Source: Arcobacteraceae bacterium (GTDB taxonomy: Bacteria > Campylobacterota > Campylobacteria > Campylobacterales > Arcobacteraceae). Taken from it: 24,000 nt of DNA. The stretch spans positions 32,922-56,921 of the forward strand of contig JAQUAG010000011.1 in the NCBI GenBank assembly GCA_028687375.1, read 5' to 3'. The translations under genes and the position numbers were made by a program. The notes beneath the pieces are model-generated. The model searched no databases and was not told the origin of the DNA. It was given only the letters and a program-made list of their open reading frames with translations. Of the stretch, positions 6,818-16,778 are shown one piece after another. Within the stretch, counting starts at the first letter, position 1. Each line of letters starts with the position of its first letter.

Positions 6818-8384
6818 CTTTTATCATAAAAAACATAGCAGCAGATAAACCTGCAGCTACTGGAACAGTTATAAGCCAAGCAGCTATAATCTTTTTCACT
6901 GCATCCCTTTTTACATATTTAATACTTTTTGCCTCTTGAAAATTCTTTTTAGCAAGTGCTGATGCATCTATTTTCTCATCAATTAATTTATGAAGAGTCA
7001 CAATTCTTTGATAATTTCCCTTATTTTTGTCTTTTATTTGAATTAATTGTGCCAATTCTCTTTCATAATTTTCCAAATCTTTTTTATCTTTTTTAAATCT
7101 TTTTCTAGCCTTACTAATATAAACACTTTCACTGCTATCAAGATATTCTCTTAAAAATCCAACACCAAAAACACCACCAACAGCAATATGAGTAGAGCTT
7201 ACAGGGAGTCCTAGTTGCGAAGCAATGATAACTGTAATAGCAGCTGCCATTGCAATTGAAAACGCTCTAATTTGATCAAGTTCAGTTATCTCGCTTCCAA
7301 CAGTTTTAATAAGTCTAGGACCATATAAAGTAAGTCCTACAACAATTCCTATAGCCCCAACAGCCATTACCCACAATGGAATATCGACTTTAGATGCTAT
7401 CTCATTATTTGCTACTGCATCATAAATAGCGGCTAGTGGTCCAATTGCATTTGCAACATCATTCGCTCCATGTGCAAATGATAAAAGAGCTGCTGCAAAA
7501 ATGAGTGGAATATTAAACATCGTATTGATTGAATCTCGTCTATTCTGTAACTTTTCACTTGTTTTATTAATCATCCCAGAAACTAAAAAATATGTAATTG
7601 CAGCTATTACAATTCCAATTAAAGATGCTCCAATAAAATCAATTTTAATAAGATGTTTCATCCCTTTTAAAATAATATATGTACTAAAAGCCCACGCCAT
7701 AAAAGCAATCAGATAAGGAACTATAAGTTTAGCTGAACCAAGCATATCTTTCTTGTATACAATAGTTTTTTTAATGAAATAGAGAAAACCTGCTGCAATA
7801 ATTCCCCCTAAAACAGGTGAAATAACCCAAGACATAGCTATATTTCCCATAGTTCCCCATGATACAATTGAAAAACCAGCTGCAGCAATTCCAGCTCCCA
7901 TAACACCACCAACAATTGAGTGTGTTGTAGAAACAGGGGCACCTATAGATGTTGCTAAATTCAACCACACTGCAGCAGATAATAAAGCAGCAGTCATAGC
8001 CCAAACAAAGATTTGTGGATCAGCTATTAAATCGGGATTAATAATTCCATCTTTAATCGTTTTAACAACATCTCCACCTGCTATAAATGAACCCATCGCT
8101 TCAAAAATAGCTGCTAAAATAATAGCACCAGTCATCGTTAAAGCTTTTGAACCAACAGCAGGTCCAACATTATTAGCAACATCATTTGCACCAATATTCA
8201 TAGCCATATAAGCACCAAATACAGCACCTAAAATAAGAAATGTATTGTTTGGTATATTTAAATATGTAGCATAACTATACATAAAAACCAATGCTACGAA
8301 TAATAATGCTAATGAAAATTTAATATAACTAGACATAGATTTTGTAGTGGCTGTGTTTATTTTTTCTATCGTTTTGATATCCAT
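6804..8384 (-). CDS. Inorganic phosphate transporter, PiT (PHO4) family
   Basis: 526 aa and highly hydrophobic. The PiT signature is duplicated (GANDVANNVGPAVGS and GANDVANAIGPLAA). The two halves are separated by a large charged loop (SKARKRFKKDKKDLENYERELAQLIQIKDK...). Confidence 0.92.
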   Translation of the reverse strand: MDIKTIEKINTATTKSMSSYIKFSLALLFVALVFMYSYATYLNIPNNTFLILGAVFGAYMAMNIGANDVANNVGPAVGSKALTMTGAIILAAIFEAMGSFIAGGDVVKTIKDGIINPDLIADPQIFVWAMTAALLSAAVWLNLATSIGAPVSTTHSIVGGVMGAGIAAAGFSIVSWGTMGNIAMSWVISPVLGGIIAAGFLYFIKKTIVYKKDMLGSAKLIVPYLIAFMAWAFSTYIILKGMKHLIKIDFIGASLIGIVIAAITYFLVSGMINKTSEKLQNRRDSINTMFNIPLIFAAALLSFAHGANDVANAIGPLAAIYDAVANNEIASKVDIPLWVMAVGAIGIVVGLTLYGPRLIKTVGSEITELDQIRAFSIAMAAAITVIIASQLGLPVSSTHIAVGGVFGVGFLREYLDSSESVYISKARKRFKKDKKDLENYERELAQLIQIKDKNKGNYQRIVTLHKLIDEKIDASALAKKNFQEAKSIKYVKRDAVKKIIAAWLITVPVAAGLSAAMFFMIKGIMS

Positions 8385-8435
8385 TTGTACCCTTTTTATA
8401 ATCGTTTTGTAACTTTTTTATTGTAATAAAGTATT

Positions 8436-8441
8436 ATTATA
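8436..8441 (-). promoter_or_regulatory. Candidate -10 box (TATAAT on the - strand) for the PiT gene
   Basis: The - strand reads ...AAAAGTATAATAATACTTT..., about 50 nt upstream of the PiT ATG (8384). AAAGGG RBS lies 6 nt upstream of the start. The box sits inside a 7-bp inverted repeat, AAAGTAT/ATACTTT. This is a pattern call only. Confidence 0.3.
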
Positions 8442-8465
8442 CTTTTAATTTCATTTAAGAATGCT

Positions 8466-9482
8466 TCAAAGTAACGTATTATCAGTAGGAGTTTTGTAAA
8501 AAATAATCTCATCAAATTGATTTACAAAATAAGAATGTACCTTAATAAAACCATATTTTGTCACATCGAACTGAGATACTTTACTATTTTTATATGAAAT
8601 AAAAAGCATCAACATATCTATCTCATTCTTTAAAGTTTCAAGTAAACTAAGTCCCCCTTCGATCATAGAAAAGTTAATATCAAATTCTTCTAAATTATCA
8701 CCTATCAAAACCTTACGATTTGGTATATTAAAAAGAGGAATAGTCGTGTCAAACTCTTTTTGTTTTGAAAATATCAAAATATCACTAGCCTTCCCACCAT
8801 CTACAAATCTACTATCAAGTGTTGGTCTATCAATTCGTACAGTATTTCCACCAATGATGAGTAAATCAAGTTTTGTTCTTATTTTATGGACAAGATTCAA
8901 ACTATCTTGCGAAGTAATATAACCACCATCACAGCTTCCATCAGCTCGGATGGCTAATTTAAAAAATCTAAATTTATCATTGTGCCATTTAAAAAAAGGA
9001 AAAAGCAAATTATCACATTCCTCTTTTAAAATTCCAACCTCTACATCGACACCACTTTTTTGTAAAGTCTCACATCCACCGCTAGCTAGATTATTTGGGT
9101 CAAGAGAGCCAATGTAAACTTTTTTAAATCCAACCTCTTGTAAAAGATTTGCACAAGCAGGTGTTCTACCTGTGTGATTACAGGGTTCAAGTGTGACAAA
9201 AATTTCACAATCTTTAAAAAAGTTATTATGATGTTCAATTAAAAAGTTATGAATTTCAAATGATTCTTTGAAATTTTGTAAAGGAGAATTCGGATATGCA
9301 GTTAAATATGCTATTTTTAAGGCATTGACTTCAGCATGAGGTAATCCAGCTTCTCTATGGGCTTCAGTCGATAAAATTTCATTATCTCTAACAACACAAG
9401 CACCAACAGCTGGATTTGGATAGGTTAGAAATTGATACCTCCAAGCAATATCAATAGCTTTTTGCATATAGAAATTTTTCAT
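8466..9482 (-). CDS. ribD: Bifunctional riboflavin biosynthesis protein RibD (pyrimidine deaminase / uracil reductase)
   Basis: 338 aa. Deaminase zinc motifs are HAEVNAL and TLEPCNHTGRTPAC, preceded by PNPAVGACVV. The C-terminal reductase-like half contains LLIIGGNTVRIDRP. Confidence 0.92.
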   Translation of the reverse strand: MKNFYMQKAIDIAWRYQFLTYPNPAVGACVVRDNEILSTEAHREAGLPHAEVNALKIAYLTAYPNSPLQNFKESFEIHNFLIEHHNNFFKDCEIFVTLEPCNHTGRTPACANLLQEVGFKKVYIGSLDPNNLASGGCETLQKSGVDVEVGILKEECDNLLFPFFKWHNDKFRFFKLAIRADGSCDGGYITSQDSLNLVHKIRTKLDLLIIGGNTVRIDRPTLDSRFVDGGKASDILIFSKQKEFDTTIPLFNIPNRKVLIGDNLEEFDINFSMIEGGLSLLETLKNEIDMLMLFISYKNSKVSQFDVTKYGFIKVHSYFVNQFDEIIFYKTPTDNTLL

Positions 9483-9497
9483 ATATGCTTTTTTAAA

Positions 9498-9932
9498 TCA
9501 CCAAATATAATATGTAGAAGCACTTAAAATAGAGTTATATGGAATTGTAAAAGTTACACCATCTTCACCCTCGAAAGTAAAATTATTTTCACTATCAAAA
9601 CTTAATAATTTCCCTTTAAAAGGACCAACTTCATATTGTTTTCCTCTAACATTTTCACCAATAGAACCTTGAAGATGTTCAATCTTTTTCAATTTTCTTT
9701 CAATTCCAGGGCTACTTACTTCAAGAAGATATTTTCCTCTCATTGGTTCTTTTATATCTAAAATAGGTGCAACCATTCGGCTCACCTCTTCACATTTGTC
9801 CAAACTTACACCATCTTTTGAAGTGATATAAATTCTATAAATATTATTATCATGCTCTTTTAGTTGCGCTATATCATAAAGTGACATACCACAACCCTCT
9901 ACTACTACTTTTATCTCTTCTTCTAATTCCAT
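9498..9932 (-). CDS. rimP: Ribosome maturation factor RimP
   Basis: 144 aa with the LEVSSPGIERKL motif characteristic of RimP (DUF150). It sits in the infB/rbfA operon context. Confidence 0.88.
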   Translation of the reverse strand: MELEEEIKVVVEGCGMSLYDIAQLKEHDNNIYRIYITSKDGVSLDKCEEVSRMVAPILDIKEPMRGKYLLEVSSPGIERKLKKIEHLQGSIGENVRGKQYEVGPFKGKLLSFDSENNFTFEGEDGVTFTIPYNSILSASTYYIW

Positions 9933-9941
9933 ATTTTTCTC

Positions 9942-10313
9942 TTATTCTTCTTTTTCTTTTTTAGTATCTTTTCTTATTTTTGAAAATAATTCTTCTAACT
10001 TATTCACAGATTCTAATTTTGTATCATTTTCAAATGTAAAATCAGGACATTTATACCAACCTGTAGAGTTTAAAATGTATGATTTGATTCTACTATTTGC
10101 ACTATAGAGTGCTTTTTGAACCTCTTTTCGCTCATGTGGTGTTAAATCATTTCCATCATAATAAACTTTTGCGTCGTATTTTCCATTTTTACATTGAACA
10201 TCTGTGATAGTAAGAGAGTTAATTCTATTATCATTTAAATCACCAAGTGCTTCAGGAACAAGCTCTCGTAAAAGAGACTCTGTTCGTTGTAAATTTATAC
10301 TTTTATCTTTCAT
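9942..10313 (-). CDS. rbfA: Ribosome-binding factor A
   Basis: 123 aa starting 6 nt downstream of the infB stop. It has the RbfA-like pattern (R..S.L.ELV...L......I..LTITDV......YDAKVYY) and a C-terminal acidic tail. Confidence 0.88.
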   Translation of the reverse strand: MKDKSINLQRTESLLRELVPEALGDLNDNRINSLTITDVQCKNGKYDAKVYYDGNDLTPHERKEVQKALYSANSRIKSYILNSTGWYKCPDFTFENDTKLESVNKLEELFSKIRKDTKKEKEE

Positions 10314-10319
10314 TGAAAA

Positions 10320-12935
10320 TTATACCGTTTGAGCTTCTTTGTGCTCGATAAATGTTTCAATATAATCCCCAACTTTTACATCATTGAATTTTTTGAACAT
10401 AATTCCACACTCAAATCCATTAGCAACCTCTTTAACATCATCTTTGAATCGTTTAAGAGAATCTATATTCCCAGTGTAAATAACAATACCATCCCTGATA
10501 AGTCTAGCTCTTCCACCACGTACTACTTTTCCGTCACTTACGATACATCCAGCAACTGTTCCTACTTTTGGTACAACAAATGTTTCTCTAACTCTTGCTT
10601 GTCCTGTATTTTCTTCAATAACAATAGCACTCATCATTCCAGAAAGTGTATCTTTAATCTCGTCAATAAGGTTGTAAATAATACTATAAGTTCTAATCTC
10701 AACACCACTAGATTTTGCTTTAACTTTTACTTCACCTGTAGGTCTTACATTAAATCCAATGATTATACAATCATCACTAGCACTTGCAAGTGCAACGTCA
10801 GCTTCAGTAATTCCACCTACACCAGCACTAACTATTTTAACTTTAACTTCATCATTTTTAATATCTTCAAGACTAATTTTAATAGCTTCTAAACTTCCAC
10901 CAGCATCTGCTTTGATAATTACTGGAAGTGCTTTTATTTTACCTTCAGCGATTAGATTTGACATCTCTTCAAGTGAAACTTTTGTTGATTTACTCAACTC
11001 TTTTGCTCTTGCATGATCAGCTCTAGTTGTAGCAATTGCTTTTGCTTCAGATGCACTTTCAAGTGCTACAAGTGAAACACCAGTATTTGGAACATCATTT
11101 AATCCAACAACTTGACCTGTTTTGCTAAGACCAAGTTCAGTTACAGGTTTTCCAGAATCATCAAGAAGTGCTTTTACTCTTCCGTAAGTTGTATCTGCAA
11201 CGATATTATCTCCAACTTTTAAAGTTCCATTTTGAACGATAACAGTAGCAACAGCTCCTCTTCCTTTTACTGTTGAACCTTCTATAACAGTTGCTTTTGC
11301 AAGTGATGTAGGATCTGCTTGTAATTCAAGAAGTTCAGATTGGATAAGGATATTTTCTAATAATTCCTCTATTCCAGCTCCACTTAATGCAGAAACTCCA
11401 ATAAATTCATAGTCTCCACCCCACTCTGTTGGCATAATTCCATGTTCAGCCATACCAGCTTTTACCATATCCATATTTGCAGTTTCTTTATCAATTTTAT
11501 TCACAGCAACTATAATTGGTGCACCACTATCTTTAGCAGCCTTGATTGACTCAATCGTTTGAGGTTTAACACCATCATCAGCAGCAACAACAAGAATTAC
11601 GATATCTGTAATATTTGCCCCTCTAATTCTCATTGAACTAAATGCTTCATGCCCTGGAGTATCTACAAATGTAATCTCTTTTCCATTTTTAGTAACTGTA
11701 TAAGCTGAGATATGTTGTGTAATCCCACCTGCTTCTCCAGCTGCTACTCTACTTTTTCTAATTTTGTCTAATAACGATGTTTTACCATGATCAACGTGTC
11801 CCATAATTGTAACAACTGGTGGACGATTAACAAAATTAGATTTATCAATAACCTCATCATCATAAGTCTCTTCGTAGTTTACCTCTTCAAGCTCATCTTT
11901 GATAGTGATTTCAATATCATATTCTTCACCAAGAATCTCTATCTCATCATTTCCAAGGAAATCATTTTTAGTAACCATCATACCAAGCATAAACAATTTA
12001 CCAATAACATCAGCAGTTGATTTACCAATTTTTTCAGCAAATTCATAAACCCTACACTCTTCAGGAATTGTTACACTTGTAATCTCTTCAGCTTCAGTTT
12101 TTTTGATATATTTTTTCTTTTTACTTGATCTTTTTAATCCTCTTGGAACATTTCCAAAAGCTGATGGTTTTGTTGTTCTTATATTTTCAGTTTGTTTTGG
12201 AGTATCTTGCAAAAATTTAGAAGTTTCAAGTAAATCCATATCATATAGAACTACCTCTTCCCCAAGAATTGAATCTTCACTCTCTTTAAATGCATCATTT
12301 GCATGAACAAAAACATCTATTTTTTCACCACTTAAATGTGCTTTTGGTGGTGCTTTTTTAATTTGTTTTTTTATTTTTGAAGGTTGTTGTTTTTGACTAT
12401 AGTCATCTTTATTTTCAGGAGAATTTCCAAAAAGTTCACTCATAGACTTCATTGATTGTTTTTTAGGTTGTTCATATTTACTTACAACTACTTCATCTAT
12501 TGGTCTTCTTTTCTTTACAATTGTAAGTTTTCCTCTTTTAAGTGGTGCTTCACCTTCTGCAATAGATTGAACTTGTTTTACCTCATCGATTTTTGTATCT
12601 TCTTCAATAATAGTATCTTCTTTTGGAGAAACTACTGTTTCTATCTCTTCAACGCTTACTTCAGATATCACTTCAACTTTTGGTTTAGGTTGTGTTTTTT
12701 TAGCAACTGTGTTTGTTGTGATACTTGAATTTTTAGCTTTTGGTTCAGATGTTGTTTTAATTTTGTCACTTTTACCTGTAACGATATAATTTACAATCTC
12801 TTCGGCTTGTTCATAAGTTAATTTACTTTGTGGTGATTTTAAAATGATTGATAAATCAGCCGCCTTTGCAATTACCTCTGCGTGTGTTGCACCTGATTCT
12901 TCTGCTATCTCTCTTATACTTACTTTGTCTTCCAT
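10320..12935 (-). CDS. infB: Translation initiation factor IF-2
   Basis: 871 aa. GTPase motifs are [20 protein letters not shown] and NKIDK. The N-terminus has an IF2_N-like region followed by a long K/E-rich linker. The conserved C-terminal domains include [10 protein letters not shown]. Confidence 0.97.
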   Translation of the reverse strand: MEDKVSIREIAEESGATHAEVIAKAADLSIILKSPQSKLTYEQAEEIVNYIVTGKSDKIKTTSEPKAKNSSITTNTVAKKTQPKPKVEVISEVSVEEIETVVSPKEDTIIEEDTKIDEVKQVQSIAEGEAPLKRGKLTIVKKRRPIDEVVVSKYEQPKKQSMKSMSELFGNSPENKDDYSQKQQPSKIKKQIKKAPPKAHLSGEKIDVFVHANDAFKESEDSILGEEVVLYDMDLLETSKFLQDTPKQTENIRTTKPSAFGNVPRGLKRSSKKKKYIKKTEAEEITSVTIPEECRVYEFAEKIGKSTADVIGKLFMLGMMVTKNDFLGNDEIEILGEEYDIEITIKDELEEVNYEETYDDEVIDKSNFVNRPPVVTIMGHVDHGKTSLLDKIRKSRVAAGEAGGITQHISAYTVTKNGKEITFVDTPGHEAFSSMRIRGANITDIVILVVAADDGVKPQTIESIKAAKDSGAPIIVAVNKIDKETANMDMVKAGMAEHGIMPTEWGGDYEFIGVSALSGAGIEELLENILIQSELLELQADPTSLAKATVIEGSTVKGRGAVATVIVQNGTLKVGDNIVADTTYGRVKALLDDSGKPVTELGLSKTGQVVGLNDVPNTGVSLVALESASEAKAIATTRADHARAKELSKSTKVSLEEMSNLIAEGKIKALPVIIKADAGGSLEAIKISLEDIKNDEVKVKIVSAGVGGITEADVALASASDDCIIIGFNVRPTGEVKVKAKSSGVEIRTYSIIYNLIDEIKDTLSGMMSAIVIEENTGQARVRETFVVPKVGTVAGCIVSDGKVVRGGRARLIRDGIVIYTGNIDSLKRFKDDVKEVANGFECGIMFKKFNDVKVGDYIETFIEHKEAQTV

Positions 12936-13174
12936 ATTTCTACTATCTCCTTAAGCTGTTCTTCATAATCAGCTTTGTTTTTACATTGTCTATAAACTGA
13001 TTTAACCGATTTTTTAATATCTTCACAACATTTTTCACAAAGGTAAAAACTTCTCCCCGTTTTAGAAAAAGGGATTAAAATTTTATCATTACATTGCAAT
13101 CGCAACATTGTATTTTGTTCAGATTTTGCTCTACAAGCAATGCAAGTTCTTATCGGTTTATTTTTCAAATTCAC
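12920..13174 (-). CDS. ylxR: YlxR-family (DUF448) small RNA-binding protein
   Basis: 84 aa with a GTG start. It has the pattern PIRTCIACR...L.R......GRSFYLC typical of YlxR. It lies immediately upstream of infB and overlaps it by 16 nt. Confidence 0.8.
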   Translation of the reverse strand: MNLKNKPIRTCIACRAKSEQNTMLRLQCNDKILIPFSKTGRSFYLCEKCCEDIKKSVKSVYRQCKNKADYEEQLKEIVEIWKTK

Positions 13175-13194
13175 GGATTGTACCTAAAATTCTC

Positions 13195-14076
13195 TTAATA
13201 TTCCACTTGTACGCCACTATTATTAAAGTCACAAGTATAAACTTTAAATTGTGGGAAATTCTCTTTTAGTACAGTTGCCAGATTTTTTGCATCATCACTA
13301 TATGCAATACTAAAAAAAGTTGAACCACTCCCAGAAAGAGTACTCATCAAAGCTCCATTTTTTAATGCTGTTTTTTGTACAGCAAATAATTCAGGCATCT
13401 GTTTCATCCTATAGTATTGGTGCATCCTATCATTTGAAGCTTCTTTTAACATTTGCCAATTTTCACTAAAAAAAGCAGCTGTTAAAAGGGAACTATGAGA
13501 AACATTAAAAACGGTATCCTCTATAGAATATTTAAAAGGGAGTATTTTCCTTGATTCATTTGTGCTAATAGGACGATTAGGGATAACAACTACAACTTTC
13601 AAACTTTCAGGTAACTCTTTTCTTATAAAATTAACTTCATGATCTTTTACAGTTGCAACTGTAAACCCACCCATCACAGCTGGTGTGATATTATCAGGAT
13701 GAGATTCATAACTAAGAGCAAGATTAAGAAGTTTTTGCTTATCTATCTTCATATCACAAATAGCATACGCAGAAGCTATTGCACTAATTATAACCGCACT
13801 ACTACTTCCAAGTCCTCTTGAAAGGGGAATTTCGTTTATAAATTCAAATCTAAAATTTTGTTTTTTACTACTTAGATTGTCATAAAAGTCGTTAAATGTT
13901 GAGACAAACATATTATTTGTTTTGAGTTTTGGGTTATTTGCACCCTCACCTTTTAAAGAAACACTATTAAATTTAGCTGGTTTTATAATCACTTTATTTC
14001 TAATATTTAATGCCAATCCTAAGGTATCAAACCCTGGTCCTAAATTTGCACTTGTTGCTGGTACAGTTACTTTCAT
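13195..14076 (-). CDS. thrB: Homoserine kinase
   Basis: GHMP-kinase motifs are PATSANLGPGFD and PLSRGLGSSSAVI. I moved the start from the track's TTG (14106) to the ATG at 14076 (MKVTVPATS...). That ATG is preceded by AAAGGAGAAGGG. Confidence 0.9.
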   Translation of the reverse strand: MKVTVPATSANLGPGFDTLGLALNIRNKVIIKPAKFNSVSLKGEGANNPKLKTNNMFVSTFNDFYDNLSSKKQNFRFEFINEIPLSRGLGSSSAVIISAIASAYAICDMKIDKQKLLNLALSYESHPDNITPAVMGGFTVATVKDHEVNFIRKELPESLKVVVVIPNRPISTNESRKILPFKYSIEDTVFNVSHSSLLTAAFFSENWQMLKEASNDRMHQYYRMKQMPELFAVQKTALKNGALMSTLSGSGSTFFSIAYSDDAKNLATVLKENFPQFKVYTCDFNNSGVQVEY

Positions 14077-14137
14077 CCCTTCTCCTTTAAAATGTCCCAT
14101 TTTCAAGGGACCAAATTGTTAAATGACTACTTTTAAC

Positions 14138-14155
14138 GATTTGACAAGTCAAATC
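14138..14155. repeat. 18-bp perfect palindrome GATTTGAC-AA-GTCAAATC in the cysS-thrB spacer
   Basis: The arms 14138-14145 and 14148-14155 are exact reverse complements. As - strand RNA this gives a 7-bp stem capped by a CUUG tetraloop. Confidence 0.7.
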
Positions 14156-14175
14156 TAAAGTAGCAAATCCTAAAG

Positions 14176-14193
14176 AGGAAAACAAGTTTTCCT
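14176..14193. repeat. 18-bp perfect palindrome AGGAAAAC-AA-GTTTTCCT, 3 nt downstream of the cysS stop
   Basis: The arms 14176-14183 and 14186-14193 are exact reverse complements. It has the same 8-2-8 geometry and the same central ACAAGT as the palindrome at 14138-14155. Confidence 0.7.
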
Positions 14194-14196
14194 TAT

Positions 14197-15603
14197 CTAA
14201 ATTTTTTCCCATAATGTACCATTTGCTGTATCCATTATGCTTATTTTCATACTGTTTAGTTCCTCTCTTATTTTATCACTTAAAGCAAAGTTTTTTCCCT
14301 TTTTTGCTTCAGTTCTTTCCAAAATTAGCTTCTCAATTTTATTTTTTTCATTTTCAGTAATTCCAAATTGAAAATAACTATAAGGACTTTGAAAACAAAT
14401 CCCTAAAATATCACTTATAAAATGGAACACATCAACAATTTGACTTTTTAAATTCTTATCTTTTGGATTGTTATCAAGTTTATCATTCGCAAAATTGATA
14501 AATTCATCAATAGAAGCAAAAGCTTTTGAAGTGTTTAAATCATCATTTAAAGCATCTAAAATATTTTGTTTGTAGATTAAAGGTTTTAAAGTTTCATTTT
14601 TAACAATATCATAAACTCTCTTTTTAAGTCTATACATTTTGTCAAGTCTTCTTTTACTAGCTTCTAAATCTTCTGTATTAAAAGATAAATCAGCTCTATA
14701 ATAAGTAGTTAACATATAAAATCGGATAACCTCTCCACTATACTCTTTTAAAGCATCTTTGAGAAAAAAGCTATTTCCAAGCGATTTACTCATCTTTTCC
14801 CCATTAATATTGACAAAACCATTATGAACCCAATATTTTGACAACTCTTGATTATAAGCCATTCTTGATTGTGATGCTTCATTTTCATGGTGTGGAAAAA
14901 GTAAATCAGCTCCTCCACCGTGAATATCTATAGCATATGGGAGTGATTTATCGCTTAGATGTTTATCTATCATAGCACTACATTCACAATGCCAACCTGG
15001 ACGACCTTCTCCAAAATGGGTATGAAAACTTACACCATCCGTATTGTATTTCCAAAGTGCAAAATCTTTAGAATCTCTTTTTTCTAAATTTGATTCAACC
15101 CTTGAAAGTGAATTTTCATCACTAGCTCTATGGGAGATATTCCCATAATTTTTATCTTTTGAAGTATCAAAATAGACACCATCTTCAAGTTTATAAGCAA
15201 TATCTTCTTTTAAAAGATTTTCTATTAGATGTTCCATCGCTTCTAAACTATTTGTTGCAAGTGGCTCTATTGTATTTGGAAGATTATTTAAAGATTGCAT
15301 ATCAGCTTTGTAACTATTGATATAATGTGTTGTAATCTCTTCTAAAGATTGATTTGTATCTTTCATCTTTTTAATGATTTTATCATCTATATCTGTAAAG
15401 TTTTTGACAAATGTCACTTCATAACCATTTGCTTTGAGAACTCTATGTAATAAATCAAATACTATTGCGCTTCTTGCATGTCCAAGATGTGCATCATCAT
15501 AAACAGTTGGTCCACAAACATACATTTTTACTTGATGTGGAACTTGAGGTGTAAAAAGAAGTTTTTCTTTCTTTACACTATCATATATATACATATTTGC
15601 CAT
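14197..15603 (-). CDS. cysS: Cysteine--tRNA ligase
   Basis: 468 aa. It has class I aaRS HIGH (HLGHARS) and KMSKS (KMSKSLGN) motifs and CysRS-typical blocks: YVCGPTVYD, GWHCECSAM and DIHGGGADLLFPHHENE. Its ATG overlaps the nusA TAA (TAATG). Confidence 0.97.
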   Translation of the reverse strand: MANMYIYDSVKKEKLLFTPQVPHQVKMYVCGPTVYDDAHLGHARSAIVFDLLHRVLKANGYEVTFVKNFTDIDDKIIKKMKDTNQSLEEITTHYINSYKADMQSLNNLPNTIEPLATNSLEAMEHLIENLLKEDIAYKLEDGVYFDTSKDKNYGNISHRASDENSLSRVESNLEKRDSKDFALWKYNTDGVSFHTHFGEGRPGWHCECSAMIDKHLSDKSLPYAIDIHGGGADLLFPHHENEASQSRMAYNQELSKYWVHNGFVNINGEKMSKSLGNSFFLKDALKEYSGEVIRFYMLTTYYRADLSFNTEDLEASKRRLDKMYRLKKRVYDIVKNETLKPLIYKQNILDALNDDLNTSKAFASIDEFINFANDKLDNNPKDKNLKSQIVDVFHFISDILGICFQSPYSYFQFGITENEKNKIEKLILERTEAKKGKNFALSDKIREELNSMKISIMDTANGTLWEKI

Positions 15604-16778
15604 TATTTAAATAATGCCTCCAAACTTGATACATCTTTTGTTTTCTCTTCACTTACTTTATCTTCATTATCAGTTGAAGGTGTTACTCCACCCACTTCAT
15701 TTACAACAATATCAAAATTTGTAAGCATAGATGCAAGTCGAATATTTAAACCCTCTTTCCCTATCGCTTTCCCTTTTTGGTCTGAATTAATTGTGATAAT
15801 CGCTTTACTTTTTTCGTTTGGATTTGTACTTTTTTCAATTTTTACACTATTAACAATAGCTGGACTCATAGCACGACTTACAAAAATTTCAGGAATTGGA
15901 CTATAATCAATACAGTCAATATTTTCCCCATTTAATTGTTTACTAACAGCATTTATCCTAACACCTTTTACCCCAACAATTGCACCAATTGGATCTATAT
16001 TTGCCTCTGTTGTAGAGATAGCAATTTTAGAACGAACCCCTGGAATTCTTGCACTTGATTCAATTGTTATTCTTTTATCTTTTAATTCTGGAACTTCAAG
16101 AGTAAGCAAACTTTCTAAAAATTTAGGGCTTGTACGACTTACTTCAACAATAAGTCCATATTGTTTATCAACTTTAACACTTTTTACAACAGCTTTTAAT
16201 GAATCCCCAACTTTAAAAGTTTCCCCTTTTATTCTATTTTTTCGTGGAAGAATTGCTCTTACTTCCCCAATTTCCATAAAAGTATTATCTTGTCTATCAA
16301 CACTTGTTACAGAACTTGTAACTGTTTTTCCAAGTTTTGAATTGTATTTTTTAAATAAATTATCTTCGATATGTCTTTGAAGTCTATACTCAAGATTTGT
16401 AAAAAGAATCGTAGCTGCATTTCTCCCCATTGATTCAAATTCTAAATCATAATTTAAAAAATCCCCAATTTCAAGACCATCATCAAGATTTTTAGCCTCA
16501 TCAATTGAAATATAATTTTCTACATTTACTTCAACCTCTTCCTCATCTACAATTGTTTTACCTTCTAGTTTTGTATCATCATTTGCTACAACTTCTATTT
16601 TTTGAAATAGATTTAATTTCTTTTTCTCTCTATTGATACTTGCATCAAATACAAGATTTCCACCTATCATTTTTTCAGCTGTTTTTATAAGAGATTCTTT
16701 TAATGCCTCTTCAATTTCAACTGTTTTAAGCCCTTTTTCATAAGCAATACTATCAATAATATCTATAATCTTTTCCAT
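15603..16778 (-). CDS. nusA: Transcription termination/antitermination factor NusA (no C-terminal AR repeats)
   Basis: It has an N-terminal domain, an S1 domain (GEVRAILPRKNRIKGETFKVGD) and two KH domains (GVRSKIAIS..., DPIGAIVGVKGVRINAV, KGKAIGKEGLNIRLAS). I moved the start from the track's TTG (16826) to the ATG at 16778 (MEKIIDIIDSIAYEKGL). That ATG has AAGGA 8 nt upstream. Confidence 0.95.
   Translation of the reverse strand: MEKIIDIIDSIAYEKGLKTVEIEEALKESLIKTAEKMIGGNLVFDASINREKKKLNLFQKIEVVANDDTKLEGKTIVDEEEVEVNVENYISIDEAKNLDDGLEIGDFLNYDLEFESMGRNAATILFTNLEYRLQRHIEDNLFKKYNSKLGKTVTSSVTSVDRQDNTFMEIGEVRAILPRKNRIKGETFKVGDSLKAVVKSVKVDKQYGLIVEVSRTSPKFLESLLTLEVPELKDKRITIESSARIPGVRSKIAISTTEANIDPIGAIVGVKGVRINAVSKQLNGENIDCIDYSPIPEIFVSRAMSPAIVNSVKIEKSTNPNEKSKAIITINSDQKGKAIGKEGLNIRLASMLTNFDIVVNEVGGVTPSTDNEDKVSEEKTKDVSSLEALFK

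Noticed and set aside
10329-12728. Five + strand ORFs from the track lie inside infB (10329-10892, 10759-11016, 11787-12020, 12103-12306, 12456-12728). One of them is 187 aa.
   Set aside because: All are antisense to an unambiguous IF-2 gene with complete GTPase motifs. Their translations are low-complexity F/N/I/S/C-rich strings with no motif and no RBS. I treat them as shadow ORFs of an AT-rich coding region.
12100-12800. The K/E/T-rich low-complexity stretch in the IF-2 N-terminal region as a possible tandem repeat or insertion.
   Set aside because: I could find no exact nucleotide or peptide repeat unit. Highly charged variable linkers between the IF2_N domain and the G domain are a normal feature of bacterial IF-2.
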